Source: Bdellovibrionota bacterium (lineage in GTDB: Bacteria > Bdellovibrionota > UBA1018 > CAIPTA01 > JAALKR01). Taken from it: 64,000 bases of DNA. The translations under genes were made by a program, and so were the position numbers. The stretch lies in NCBI GenBank assembly GCA_965207455.1, contig CBDBMJ010000001.1:1408001-1472000 (forward strand). Reading direction: 5' to 3'. The notes under the pieces are model-generated. The model was not told the origin of the DNA. It saw nothing but the letters and a program-made list of their open reading frames with translations, and searched no databases. Of this stretch, positions 1 to 10,619 are shown piece by piece; position 1 is the first letter of the stretch, and every line of letters starts with the position of its first letter.

Positions 1-285
1 CAAAGAAAAAACACGGTCGTTTTTAAAGAGAAAATCATTCATCATATTTGCTCTCCAGCGAAAGCTGCCTATGGGGTTCGACTCCACAACAATAGGTTGG
101 TAATTAGAGGCATCTTTTCCATTTTTTCCTCGAATAGTGATATTTAACTTTGAGCCAACGGAAGAGCTTCCCTCTGCAAGATTAACCGTGGGATTCCATT
201 CCTTCCATCCGTTAAAATCAGTAAGCACTTTCCAAGTTTGATCCGCAGGTGCCAATATATGAATTTCAGTTTTGATTTCTCTCAT
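1..285 (-). CDS. SRPBCC (polyketide cyclase/START-like) family protein, 3' end outside window
   Basis: Hand translation from the ATG at 285: MREIKTEIHILAPADQTWKVLTDFNGWKEWNP..., a typical SRPBCC N-terminus. AAGGGGG RBS upstream. Not in the ORF track because it runs off the window edge. Confidence 0.8.
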   Translation of the reverse strand, partial: MREIKTEIHILAPADQTWKVLTDFNGWKEWNPTVNLAEGSSSVGSKLNITIRGKNGKDASNYQPIVVESNPIGSFRWRANMMNDFLFKNDRVFSL

Positions 286-381
286 GAGACCCCCTTGAAT
301 TAGGTTAGCCTAGATTTCTAGATAATCAAATAGAAAAATATGGGCAAGCCTGGGGAATACGCGCAGTGCGGAATCTCTTAC

Positions 382-2748
382 CTACAGTGAGCCTGTATCA
401 ATAAATGGAAGATTGTTATTTTGCTCACCACTATCATCTCCAAAGTGATTTATATTTCCTTGGCCAAGCTGACCATAGTTATTCTGTCCCCAGCAACGTA
501 ACCTGCCGTTATTTAAAATTGCACAGGTATGATTTTCTCCTGCGCTAATATGAACTGCCATATAGGGCACACCTATATTTCCTAAATCAATAAAGGAAAA
601 CCCCACTTCCCCTGCTTCATCTCCAATTGTATTTGTATGGCCTAACCCTAGCTGGCCGTAAGCATTCCCACCCCAACACTTAATTTGATTGTTATTTAAA
701 AGCGCACAGGTGTGCGAATAGCCTGTAACAACCATTTTGACAGTATAGGGATTATTGTTTTCGTCTGTTCCTAAATTAATAAAAGGTAAATTTGCACCCA
801 TCTCATTAGCTCCATCTCCCATAGTATTGAGGTGCCCTAATCCCAACTGAGCACTGCTATTTAGTCCCCAGCATTTAAGTAACCCCATAACAATATTATC
901 TGCTATTCCATCTGTGTCTAAAATTGCGCAAGTATGATTATTCTTCGATACGATAGCATCTATCTCATAATGATTACTGCTTCCATCTACTCCCAAATCA
1001 ACAAAATCTAAGTTATTCCCCATTTCCACTGCAGCATTACCGCCAGAGTCTAATCCATCTCCCAAATCGTTCGTATTTCCTTGTCCTAATTGACCATAGT
1101 CATTATATCCCCAACACTTCAATCGTCCATTACTTAAAACAGCACAGTTGTGGGCATACCCACTAGCAAGCTGTTCCACGGTATAGTCTGTTCCACTAGC
1201 ATTCCCAAGATCAATAAAAGATAAAGCATTTCCCATTTCAACTACAACCACATTACTGGAATTCAGACCGTCACCAAGGTTATGTTTACTATCTTGTCCC
1301 AATTGACCATACTTATTATGTCCCCAACATTTCATTTTATCGTTACTCAAAATTGCACAGCTATGATCAGAGCCAAGAGCAATTTTCTTTACAGTATAGT
1401 CACTACCACTTTCATTCCCTAAATCCACAAAAGGAAGATTATCACCCATCTCATTTACCAAATTGCCTTTATTGCTTACAGAATCCAGGCCGAGATTTCC
1501 ATAGAGATTCTTTCCCCAGCATTTCAATTTACTGCTACTCAAAATAACACAGTTATGGTATTCCCCTGTTGCTATTGCGCTCACCGTATAGGTGCTGCTA
1601 CCTGTGCCTCCCAGATCAATAAACGATAAATCATTTCCCATCTGATCAGGAGCACCACCAATGCCGTTTGAAGATTCTTGACCGAGCTGGCCTCGATGCC
1701 CTCTCCCCCAACACTTTACTCTTTGGTTGCTTAAAACAGTACAGGAATGGGAGCGTCCCATAGCTACGCTTTCTGAAAAAAGTGTATAATAGGCATAGAA
1801 AGTATCGGAATCGGTGCAATTAGAGGAGTTACCAGCTAAGTCCACTTGCTTACTATAAAAAGCATAAGTACCTTCAGCACTAAGAGTAAAGGAGAAATTC
1901 ACACTTGAGTTGCTAGCCGACTCAGTTACAACACTCAATTCATTACTGCAATTTTGATCGGAATAAAGCACAACTTTTGCACCGATTTCTACGCTAGAGA
2001 ATCTAAGTAAAACTGTACTGTTAATAGAGGGGCTTACGCTTATTACAAGTATACCGGAAACAACAGGCGATATAAGATCTAACTCATAGGCAATGCCAGA
2101 GCTGGAACAAATAGATTCATTTCCTGCAATATCAATTTGTTTTGAATAAATGATATAGGAAGTTTGGGAGGAGTCCAGCGCTGTGGAAATTTGAATTGTT
2201 ACTGGGTCTTGAGCCACAACAAGGGAAGCAATTTCTGAGCTACACATATTATCAGAATAGAGAAATACTGGCCATCCAATTTCTGTATTAGAAACACTAA
2301 ACGAAGGGTTTTGATTATTAGAGGGACTCGATCCTATTAATGAAAGTATTGGAAATTCAGGGGCTGTGGTATCCAATTCATACACAACTCCTGAAGATAA
2401 ACAACTCACGATATTTCCTTTCGTATCTGTATGCTTTATATAAATCAGATTCTCTCCCTCCAATGAAAACACATCAAGGGTTGCTTCTCCGTTACTTGTA
2501 ATTGTGCCCACTTTGTTTGCACAAAGGTTATCGTAATAAATTTCCACCTTTGCTCCATCGCGCAATCCCGAAACACGAATACGTGGTGTTGTATTATTCG
2601 ATGGTGTTTGGCTTATCAATTCAATAAGCGGCAAAGGATCGGCAGCAACTTTTTCATCACTACCACAGGCATTTAGAATAGCTATAGATAACAAGGCTAT
2701 AAAAAAAGTTTTTCTATGGGTATTTTTTAAGAATAATAAATGAAACAT
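382..2748 (-). CDS. Lipoprotein with three Ig-like repeats and a 7-bladed RCC1-like beta-propeller
   Basis: Lipobox LNAC. Three ~95-aa beta-rich repeats (YYDNLC/YSDNMC/YSDQNC...GN.S.C). Seven H.C..L.....KCWG...GQLG repeats. Confidence 0.85.
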   Translation of the reverse strand: MFHLLFLKNTHRKTFFIALLSIAILNACGSDEKVAADPLPLIELISQTPSNNTTPRIRVSGLRDGAKVEIYYDNLCANKVGTITSNGEATLDVFSLEGENLIYIKHTDTKGNIVSCLSSGVVYELDTTAPEFPILSLIGSSPSNNQNPSFSVSNTEIGWPVFLYSDNMCSSEIASLVVAQDPVTIQISTALDSSQTSYIIYSKQIDIAGNESICSSSGIAYELDLISPVVSGILVISVSPSINSTVLLRFSSVEIGAKVVLYSDQNCSNELSVVTESASNSSVNFSFTLSAEGTYAFYSKQVDLAGNSSNCTDSDTFYAYYTLFSESVAMGRSHSCTVLSNQRVKCWGRGHRGQLGQESSNGIGGAPDQMGNDLSFIDLGGTGSSTYTVSAIATGEYHNCVILSSSKLKCWGKNLYGNLGLDSVSNKGNLVNEMGDNLPFVDLGNESGSDYTVKKIALGSDHSCAILSNDKMKCWGHNKYGQLGQDSKHNLGDGLNSSNVVVVEMGNALSFIDLGNASGTDYTVEQLASGYAHNCAVLSNGRLKCWGYNDYGQLGQGNTNDLGDGLDSGGNAAVEMGNNLDFVDLGVDGSSNHYEIDAIVSKNNHTCAILDTDGIADNIVMGLLKCWGLNSSAQLGLGHLNTMGDGANEMGANLPFINLGTDENNNPYTVKMVVTGYSHTCALLNNNQIKCWGGNAYGQLGLGHTNTIGDEAGEVGFSFIDLGNIGVPYMAVHISAGENHTCAILNNGRLRCWGQNNYGQLGQGNINHFGDDSGEQNNNLPFIDTGSL

Positions 2749-2930
2749 GATAAATTTCCTCCTTGAACATTCGGCATTACAAATAGCATATCATAAACAA
2801 TATTAATTTAATCAGGTGGCACTGAAAATTATATATTCAAAACCAGAAATGGAATCATCTAAGTAGGGCGTGAGAATATTTTATTTTTCCTGTGTGCTTG
2901 TGTACTTGTGTACCTGTGCCAGTGGGAAGG

Positions 2931-4109
2931 TTAGGCAAACATCACATGGTGCTTTTCAGATTCATGGCGGTATGGATCTTTGAGCGGTGTCATGGAATGT
3001 TTTTTCCAAAACGACCGCAGCGTGAATACAAACAATCCTAAAAATCCCACAAGACAACCAAAATCCTGCCAGCCCAGTACAAATCCATTGGGTGCGTAAC
3101 TTGGCATAATCATCCAGTTTAAGTCCAGCCACTGGGAAAATAGCACCAACCCTCCCACACAGGAGAGGTAACCTATATTTCGTTTAGCTGCTCTAGGTAG
3201 TAAGAGTAAAAAAGGTAAAATGAATTTAATTAGCAATAGAAATAATCCCACATAGAGCCAAGAACCTTTTTCACGGTTAATAAAATAAAATGTTTCTTCG
3301 GGAAGGTTTGCGTACCAAATCAGCATGTATTGACTAAAACAAATATAGGCCCAAAAGATTGTCCATCCAAACATATATTTCCCTAAATCATGTATGTGAT
3401 CAGCGCGAACCTCTTTCAGGTAATTATACTTTTTCAAAAAGTATAGGCAGATGATAATAATAGCCGCGGAAGATTGCATAAAGCCGCTAAATAGATACAC
3501 CCCAAAGATGGTGCTAAACCACTTGGGTTCCAAAGATTTCAGTACGTCTATGGCAAATAGGGTAAGTAAAGGGCAAAATAAAACTAAAAATCCAGCGCTC
3601 AAGGGTTTTTGTTTCTGTCGAAGTTCTACGCCACCCTCTTCGTCCTGAAGAAGGGAGTTACGAATAACTTTTTGAGAGAAAAAAACAAGCACTCCTAAAA
3701 AAAGTACCAAGCGCAAAAACCAAAAACCTGAATTAAAATACCCTATTTTATTGTGCAAAAGATGGTCTGCCTCCATAAACTCGTGGTTTGTCCAAGGATA
3801 CAGATCATGGATCCCAATAAAGAGTAAGGCCGTGGCAAATGCAGCCACAATACAGTAGTTCACCATAGCCTCTGGAACTCGACGAATCAGTACAAACCAA
3901 CCACTCCCAGCGAGGTAATGAAAAACTAAAAAGAACATAGCCCCAATGCCAAAGCCTAAAAAAAGTAAATTATGTAAAAGATAGGCGCGCCAGAAGCGGG
4001 AAGCGTCGGTTACTAGACCAATGCCAAGGGTAAGAAGCCCAATGCCCATACATAAGATTAAAATAATATCCGTTTTTGAGGAAGACACTAACTTTTCCTG
4101 TGTAGCCAT
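2931..4109 (-). CDS. actF: Alternative complex III membrane subunit ActF
   Basis: Polytopic NrfD-like protein with WFSTIFG and FSQYMLIWYANLPEET motifs; last gene of the act cluster. Confidence 0.88.
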   Translation of the reverse strand: MATQEKLVSSSKTDIILILCMGIGLLTLGIGLVTDASRFWRAYLLHNLLFLGFGIGAMFFLVFHYLAGSGWFVLIRRVPEAMVNYCIVAAFATALLFIGIHDLYPWTNHEFMEADHLLHNKIGYFNSGFWFLRLVLFLGVLVFFSQKVIRNSLLQDEEGGVELRQKQKPLSAGFLVLFCPLLTLFAIDVLKSLEPKWFSTIFGVYLFSGFMQSSAAIIIICLYFLKKYNYLKEVRADHIHDLGKYMFGWTIFWAYICFSQYMLIWYANLPEETFYFINREKGSWLYVGLFLLLIKFILPFLLLLPRAAKRNIGYLSCVGGLVLFSQWLDLNWMIMPSYAPNGFVLGWQDFGCLVGFLGLFVFTLRSFWKKHSMTPLKDPYRHESEKHHVMFA

Positions 4110-4110
4110 T

Positions 4111-4692
4111 TTACCTACCCCCTACTTTTTTTTGTTGGTATTGTTTTATGTCGCTTTTTCTAGGGTGCTCTGATCGCTGAAGAACACGCAAATAGTGAAT
4201 AATAGCCCAACGATCTTTTCTGGAAATCTGTGTGGCATACGATGGCATCGTAGCCGACCCCTTGGTAATGACATGATATATATAGCCATCCTTCCTTGTC
4301 CTTATTTTATTACTTTGCAAGGACTTGGGTGTTGGAAACGGTGGCACCACAGGTCCATCTCCATAGCCCTTTTCTCCATGGCAAACCAAGCAATAGGTTT
4401 CGTAACGGTTCTGACCACGCCGTAACACTTCTTTTGTAATGGGCAAGGGATTTACCAATCTTCTGCCTGCCTCCACATCTGTGCGAATTTTATATGGCTT
4501 AAACCCACGGGGAATGGTTCCTTCTGGAGGCATTATCATGGACGATCCATCGCTTCGCCCCGCATACCCTCGCTGTGCCTTTAGCACCGGAGTATTGGAC
4601 ATGTGAGGCATATATTGCATGATTGGTGTTTCCGTCTCGCCACTACAGGCACTAAAAATAAGTGCAAAAAACATTGGAATTCTAATACTCAT
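4111..4692 (-). CDS. actE: Alternative complex III monoheme cytochrome c lipoprotein ActE
   Basis: Lipobox FSAC, one CLVCH heme motif, PPEGTIPRG and MPSYATQI. Confidence 0.88.
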   Translation of the reverse strand: MSIRIPMFFALIFSACSGETETPIMQYMPHMSNTPVLKAQRGYAGRSDGSSMIMPPEGTIPRGFKPYKIRTDVEAGRRLVNPLPITKEVLRRGQNRYETYCLVCHGEKGYGDGPVVPPFPTPKSLQSNKIRTRKDGYIYHVITKGSATMPSYATQISRKDRWAIIHYLRVLQRSEHPRKSDIKQYQQKKVGGR

Positions 4693-5210
4693 ACCGCTTC
4701 CCTAACCATACGAACCTCATGGGCTTTCTGTTTCTTCAAAAAATTCTCCACCTCATCCCTAGACTCTGCTTGTCCTTTAAAGGGAATGTATAGGGCAAAT
4801 TGGTCATTGGTAATATGGGGACTCAAAGGTTTTTTACTCGTCGGCAAGCCAATTAAGAAAAAGAGAAAAGCAACCGTGCCTAAACCACCAAAAAGCACTG
4901 TCAATTCAAACATGATGGGAATAAACGCAGGCAAGGAAATAAAAGGTTTTCCGCCGATGTTTAATGGCCAGTCCACAGCAGAAACCCATATCTGGAAGCC
5001 CGTTGCTAATAAAAATCCCGATAAAGCGCACAGGAATGTTGCCCAAGGAACAATGGAAAGTTTCAAACCAAGAGCCTCCTCCATACCGTGCACAGGAAAG
5101 GGAGTATAGGATTCATAATTCACAAGACCTTTTTGTTTAGCTGCCTTAGCTGCCACAAGAATTTCTTCCGGCGAATGGAAGTAAGCTATCACACCATGGG
5201 GGCTACTCAT
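4689..5210 (-). CDS. actD: Alternative complex III subunit ActD (DUF3341)
   Basis: [17 protein letters not shown] and [14 protein letters not shown] motifs. Confidence 0.9.
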   Translation of the reverse strand: MSSPHGVIAYFHSPEEILVAAKAAKQKGLVNYESYTPFPVHGMEEALGLKLSIVPWATFLCALSGFLLATGFQIWVSAVDWPLNIGGKPFISLPAFIPIMFELTVLFGGLGTVAFLFFLIGLPTSKKPLSPHITNDQFALYIPFKGQAESRDEVENFLKKQKAHEVRMVREAV

Positions 5211-6561
5211 CGGAACCTCCAGAAATTGCCTTCACCTCAGAGATGGCCACCATTGGTAAAAAGCGACAAAATAAGAGAAATAAAGTAAAGAACAGGCCAA
5301 AGCTGCCAAGAGTAATCGCCCAATCCGCCCAAGTGGGGGTGTAATAAGACCAGCTAGATGGAAGAAAATCCCTATGCAAAGACGTCACCACAATTACAAA
5401 CCGCTCAAACCACATTCCAATATTAACAAAAATGGAAATGACAAACATTAAGGCAATATTTCTACGAAAGCGACGTACCCAAAACACCTGAGGCACAATG
5501 GAGTTGCAAATAATCATGGTCCAATAGGCCCAGGCATACGGTCCCAACGCTCGGTTGATAAAGGCAAAGCGTTCAAATTCATTTCCAGAGTACCAAGCAA
5601 TAAAAAACTCCGTGGCGTAGGCAAGCCCCACCAGCATCCCCGTACACATAATAATCTTACACATGGACTCCAAATGGTTGACGGTAATATAGTCGGTGAG
5701 TTTAAACACCACACGGGCAATTACCATAAGGGTAACCACCATGGCAAAACCGGAAAAAATAGCCCCAATTACAAAATAAGGAGGAAATATGGTGCTATGC
5801 CAACCGGGAATAATACTCACTGCAAAGTCAAAGGATACAATGGTATGCACAGACAATACTAGGGGAGCACTCAAGCCAGCTAAAATACCGTAGGCTTTTT
5901 CATAATGATTCCAATGGCGACCAGCCCCTCGCCAACCCAAAGACAGAGCTCCATAAATAAATTTACGGATAGGGTTGATACACCTGTCCCGTACCGTGGC
6001 TAAGTCGGGAATTAATCCCAAATACCAAAAAACCAAAGAAATGGTAAAGTAGGTGGAAACCGCAAAAACATCCCATAACAAAGGAGAGCGAAAGTTTACC
6101 CACAGCGGCCCCATATTGTTGGGATAGGGAAGTAACCAATAGACAGCCAACCATGGCCTACCCGTGTGAATAATGGGAAAAATCATGGCAGCAATGACAG
6201 CAAAAATGGTCATAGCCTCAGCGGCTCGGTTAATTCCCGTGCGCCAGTTCTGACGGAATAAATACAAAATAGCCGATATTAACGTGCCCGCATGACCAAT
6301 ACCAATCCAAAATACAAAGTTGATGATGGCCACACCCCAACCATTGGGCTGCTGCAAACCCCAAATGCCCGTGCCCTCCCAAAACAAATAACCAATAACA
6401 GTAAATCCAAATAACATACAGGAAAGGGCTACGCCAAAGGCAATCATCCATGTTTTTGTGGGGAAACTCTCCAGCGGCTTACAAATATCATTTGTAATGT
6501 CGGAATAGGACTTTCTTCCCGTAACAAGGGCTTTACGTTTCATTTTCACTGCCTTAGTCAT
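5203..6561 (-). CDS. actC: Alternative complex III NrfD/PsrC-like subunit ActC
   Basis: [35 protein letters not shown] and GMWFERFVI motifs. Confidence 0.93.
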   Translation of the reverse strand: MTKAVKMKRKALVTGRKSYSDITNDICKPLESFPTKTWMIAFGVALSCMLFGFTVIGYLFWEGTGIWGLQQPNGWGVAIINFVFWIGIGHAGTLISAILYLFRQNWRTGINRAAEAMTIFAVIAAMIFPIIHTGRPWLAVYWLLPYPNNMGPLWVNFRSPLLWDVFAVSTYFTISLVFWYLGLIPDLATVRDRCINPIRKFIYGALSLGWRGAGRHWNHYEKAYGILAGLSAPLVLSVHTIVSFDFAVSIIPGWHSTIFPPYFVIGAIFSGFAMVVTLMVIARVVFKLTDYITVNHLESMCKIIMCTGMLVGLAYATEFFIAWYSGNEFERFAFINRALGPYAWAYWTMIICNSIVPQVFWVRRFRRNIALMFVISIFVNIGMWFERFVIVVTSLHRDFLPSSWSYYTPTWADWAITLGSFGLFFTLFLLFCRFLPMVAISEVKAISGGSDE

Positions 6562-9500
6562 GCCTTCCCTCTTTATCTATTTTATGTTTGCTCCCAGCGG
6601 GACGATTCCAGATTTTTGTTAAATAGGTAATGGAAGGCTTTACGTTGAGTTCTTCTAAAACCGTAAATCCCCTAGGATTATTGCGCTGATGACTCACATC
6701 TGAGGAATTATTGTTTATATCTCCAAAAGTAATGGCGTTTGCAGGACATGCCGCTTGACAAGCAGTCTGTATATCTCCATCCACTACTTTTCGTCCTGCC
6801 CTCTTTGCCGTATTTTTTCCATACTCGATCCGCTGCACACAAAACGTACATTTCTCCATCACCCCTCGACTACGAATGGTCACCTCTGGATTTTTCGAAA
6901 ACGGTAGGGGATACTCCATCCCTTCATTCATTTTGGCATTGTACTCAAAGAAATTAAAACGACGGACTTTATAGGGACAGTTGTTGGAACAATAACGGGT
7001 ACCCACGCAACGATTATAAATCATTTGATTCAAACCCTCACTGCTATGAACAGTGGCAATCACAGGACAAACAGTTTCACAGGGAGCATTTTCACAATGC
7101 TGGCACAACATGGGCTGCATAACCGTTTCTGGATTTTCCACCGACCCTTTATAGTAGCGGTCGATACGAATCCAATGCATCTCCCTCCCACGGAGCACTT
7201 CTTTTTTTCCCACCACGGGCACATTATTTTCCACCGTACACGCCATCACACAAGCGCTACAACCCGTGCACGCATTTAAATCAATAACCATTCCCCACCG
7301 GTAACCCGTATACGCATGGGGTTTCCATTGGCTTATCGTCTCCCCATGACTCACAATCCCCGCACTGGGATTCGTACGGTACTCCTCATAGGTGGATTCA
7401 AACGTAACAGGACGATTCTCTAAACTATGGTGTTCTTGGGTAATGGCTAACGGATCATGGGCACCTGTTTTCCTAATGCTTATTTCGTTTGCCACATAGG
7501 AAAGAGTCCCTAGCCTAGATTCCATAAACTCAGTCAGTGCCACACCAGTAGTGTCCGAAACACGCCCACCCATGGTGCGCCCGTAACCTAAATTTGCCAC
7601 CAACACACCTTGAACCAAACCCGGTTGACGGTGAGCAGGCAACTCCACTCTATGGTGAGCATTGCCAATGGATAGCACATCACCGTCCTTCACACCCAGC
7701 TTGTCCGCAAAGATGGGCGACAGGGAAATACAGTTTCCCCAAGTAATTTTTGTAACCGGATCCGGCAACTCCTGCAAGTGGGCATTGTTCGCCTCCATGC
7801 CCATTCCCATGGGGATACTCGGTTGCAGTACTAAAGTAATATTCCCAACGGCTGGAGAGTTATTGGCCACTGCCACCGCACTACTCAAAGCACCCTTACG
7901 AAATTTTCTTCCTCGATGGTTCCCGTAATCTCGACGCCTTCTCATGGTATCGTAAAAACCCTTCTCCAAAGAATCCTCCCAAAAGGATTCAAAAGATTTC
8001 CTCACCCGGTGTTTTTTATAAATCCTCTTCCATTCCCCTCGCACTAACTCGTACGCATTTTTTGATCGAATGGGAAGCCCTGCCCGAGAACCAACGGCAA
8101 GAAGACACTCAGAAAAACTCTGGGTGGAAAATAGGGGACGAATCGTGGGCTGTACAATACTATACAAACCAGGCACAGGATGGGTGTCTCCCCAAGATTC
8201 AAAGGGGTGACTTTCTGCTGCCACAAACTTTGCCCTACGAGCCGTTTCATCATTATAACTCCCCACATAGACCACATTACCTACCTTTTGTAAGGCTTTT
8301 TCAAAACCCAGGTACTTGGACAAATGGTAAGAAGGACTAAAACCCTGAATCACTAAAGTGTCCACCACTCCCCTGTTCATGGCCTGGATGAGTTTCTCCA
8401 CTTGGGCAATGGAACCCTGAAAGGTACGGTAGGGACTGATGGAAGCGTCCACTGTTCTACCATCGTTACCCAGTAAAGAATTGATAAAATTCACCACATT
8501 TTGCAAAGCCACTGCATGGAAGGATTTTCCGCAAATACCCCCAGCGATTACCAAACCACGTCCTTTATTCTTCACCAATGCCTGGACCGTTTCCTCTAAA
8601 ATTTTTCTATCCACACCCGTAGCTGCTGCCACTTTCGATAAAGAGAATGGAGAAAGCTCTGGCATTTTTTTCCCAAGACTTCGGGACACTTCATGGGCCA
8701 AGCCCAAAGCAATTTTTAACTGGTGAGCTGGGTGAATGGGTACTCGTATATCCGCATTCTGACCCGTCAAGCGCATACTACTCTCATAGGCAATGAACTT
8801 CCCGTATACATTTTTTATCAACGAACGAAAGCGATGGAACTGACCCATATACTCCACTGAAGATGGTCCACTATCTAAAAAATCCCCGTCGATGGAAACA
8901 ATCACCCGTGCCCTGTGGATGCGATAACGGGGCAGTACGGGCGTACCAAAACTTTCTTTCTGCCCTTGGCGAATATCGTGGAAAGACATGGGATCAAATT
9001 GATAATGATTTTTAGAAAAGACATTGATCAACCCCTGGAGACTTGGGCTTGTAACTGTGGTGGTTAAAAAATACGTTCGCTTTTTGGAGCCTAACTCTGG
9101 AGCAAGCTTGTGGTAAAACTCCTCCCAAGAAACCTCTTTCCCACCTATCATGGGCTTACGCAAGCGATCCGGGTCGTAGAGACTGAAAATACTGGCTTGC
9201 CCAATGGCATCGAGTCCCTTTCCATTGAGAGGATGATCAGGATTTCCGTCTACCTTCACGGGTCGCCCCTCCCTCGTGGTAAGCAATAAGCCGTAACCAC
9301 TCACAGGGTCTGCCGACGTATAATGGTTGGGAACCCCAGGAGTAATCTCCTCAGGCTTGCTCACATAAGGAACGATTTTCTGCACAGGGCGACGAGTACA
9401 ACCTGCCAAGCTCGCCATCAAAGAACTCGCACCCATAATTTTTAAAAAGGATCGACGGTCGACAGTGCTCATCTTTTCCTCTCCCATGGGAGGTGAAAGA

Positions 9501-9610
9501 AACTCTCCCGACTTTGAGGAATCGGAAACCCTTTGATCCAAGCTCAACCAATATTTAGGTGGCTTCTGAGACGCTAACGATAATTTTTTCTTTTCTACCT
9601 TTTTTTCCAT
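6554..9610 (-). CDS. actB: Alternative complex III ActB (molybdopterin-oxidoreductase-like domain fused to an Fe-S domain)
   Basis: Tat signal DRRSFLK...[42 protein letters not shown] and EKCTFC cluster motifs. Confidence 0.93.
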   Translation of the reverse strand: MEKKVEKKKLSLASQKPPKYWLSLDQRVSDSSKSGEFLSPPMGEEKMSTVDRRSFLKIMGASSLMASLAGCTRRPVQKIVPYVSKPEEITPGVPNHYTSADPVSGYGLLLTTREGRPVKVDGNPDHPLNGKGLDAIGQASIFSLYDPDRLRKPMIGGKEVSWEEFYHKLAPELGSKKRTYFLTTTVTSPSLQGLINVFSKNHYQFDPMSFHDIRQGQKESFGTPVLPRYRIHRARVIVSIDGDFLDSGPSSVEYMGQFHRFRSLIKNVYGKFIAYESSMRLTGQNADIRVPIHPAHQLKIALGLAHEVSRSLGKKMPELSPFSLSKVAAATGVDRKILEETVQALVKNKGRGLVIAGGICGKSFHAVALQNVVNFINSLLGNDGRTVDASISPYRTFQGSIAQVEKLIQAMNRGVVDTLVIQGFSPSYHLSKYLGFEKALQKVGNVVYVGSYNDETARRAKFVAAESHPFESWGDTHPVPGLYSIVQPTIRPLFSTQSFSECLLAVGSRAGLPIRSKNAYELVRGEWKRIYKKHRVRKSFESFWEDSLEKGFYDTMRRRRDYGNHRGRKFRKGALSSAVAVANNSPAVGNITLVLQPSIPMGMGMEANNAHLQELPDPVTKITWGNCISLSPIFADKLGVKDGDVLSIGNAHHRVELPAHRQPGLVQGVLVANLGYGRTMGGRVSDTTGVALTEFMESRLGTLSYVANEISIRKTGAHDPLAITQEHHSLENRPVTFESTYEEYRTNPSAGIVSHGETISQWKPHAYTGYRWGMVIDLNACTGCSACVMACTVENNVPVVGKKEVLRGREMHWIRIDRYYKGSVENPETVMQPMLCQHCENAPCETVCPVIATVHSSEGLNQMIYNRCVGTRYCSNNCPYKVRRFNFFEYNAKMNEGMEYPLPFSKNPEVTIRSRGVMEKCTFCVQRIEYGKNTAKRAGRKVVDGDIQTACQAACPANAITFGDINNNSSDVSHQRNNPRGFTVLEELNVKPSITYLTKIWNRPAGSKHKIDKEGRHD

Positions 9611-9642
9611 ACTCTTTTTCTCTTACTCCTCTAGCCTCTCCC

Positions 9643-10173
9643 CTAACGGTGACAAGTATTACAATCCAAGGGAGCAGGGGGCTTTTGCTCTCGATGGCAA
9701 TTAACACACCAACCCATTGTGAGTGGAGACACTTGACGAACCACATCCATTGACTGCACATTACCATGACACTCATTACAACTAATACCGCTGGCAATAT
9801 GGGGGTCATGGCGAAAATACACATAGTCCGGCAATACATGCACATTCACCCACTGCACAGGTTCTTTTTTGTCCCATGCCTCCTGCAAACGCTTAATATG
9901 GGGGGAATCCGTCTTCACATAGCGATGGCAATTCAAGCAAACCTCCACACTCGGCACATTGGCGTGGGCAGAGCGAGAAACACTGGAGTGACAATACTGG
10001 CAAGCGATCTTGCGCTCCCCTGCATGGACCTTATGACTAAATGGAATGGGCTGAGAGGGTGCATACCCCACTCCCCTACCTGGACTTAAAAAGAAAGCAA
10101 ATACTCCAACAGTAAGCACTAAAAGAAAACTCCCCACAATTAGAAATTTTTTATCCATTTTCTCTTCTGCCAC
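9643..10173 (-). CDS. actA: Alternative complex III pentaheme cytochrome c ActA
   Basis: N-terminal TM helix, QPIPFSHKVH, five CxxCH motifs. GTG start with GGAGG RBS. Confidence 0.92.
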   Translation of the reverse strand: MAEEKMDKKFLIVGSFLLVLTVGVFAFFLSPGRGVGYAPSQPIPFSHKVHAGERKIACQYCHSSVSRSAHANVPSVEVCLNCHRYVKTDSPHIKRLQEAWDKKEPVQWVNVHVLPDYVYFRHDPHIASGISCNECHGNVQSMDVVRQVSPLTMGWCVNCHREQKPPAPLDCNTCHR

Positions 10174-10548
10174 GAACGTCCTCCAGTATCACTGTCTAAT
10201 ATAAAGCCTTTACACTCAAATGGCTAATGGAAATCAAAAGTTTCTATGTGAATAAGGCAGGAGGTCGACCCGATGCGACATCACCCGACTAAGGGAAAAG
10301 ACAATCATGGAGCAATACGAAAAGCCCTGCTATACTGGAAAAATGATCTCTGGAACCAGACCCTATAAAAAAAGCAAGGAGACAAAGACAGTCCCTCCAA
10401 AAAAAAGCCAAACCAAAGAAGTTTCTCGCCGAAAATACTTAAAAAATATCGTTCCCAGTTTGGGAACTTTTCTCGTATGGAAACTGCGATGGGAAGAAAC
10501 AGCCCAGCGGGAACTAAAAGAAAAACTCTCCTAAAGCCCTCTAAAAAT

Positions 10549-10577
10549 TAAAAAAAAGGGGAGCTAAGTGCCCCCCT
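10549..10577 (-). terminator. Probable intrinsic terminator downstream of the subtilase-like gene
   Basis: Imperfect GC-rich stem AGGGGAGC/GCCCCCCT followed on the minus strand by a T-run. Confidence 0.5.
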
Positions 10578-10619
10578 CTCTCTCTTCTATTATTCATAAT
10601 GCCATTGAACTTTGGAGTG

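Noticed and set aside
2891..2922. Degenerate 8-bp repeats (TGTGTRCY) after actF; similar short repeats near 30312-30329 and 42741-42766
   Set aside because: Short, degenerate and unrelated to each other; consistent with ordinary slippage.
10307..10534. 75-aa plus-strand ORF and GTTCCCA-GTT-TGGGAAC hairpin
   Set aside because: Lys-rich with no recognisable domain; the hairpin is single-copy in the window. Too little support for a gene or REP element.
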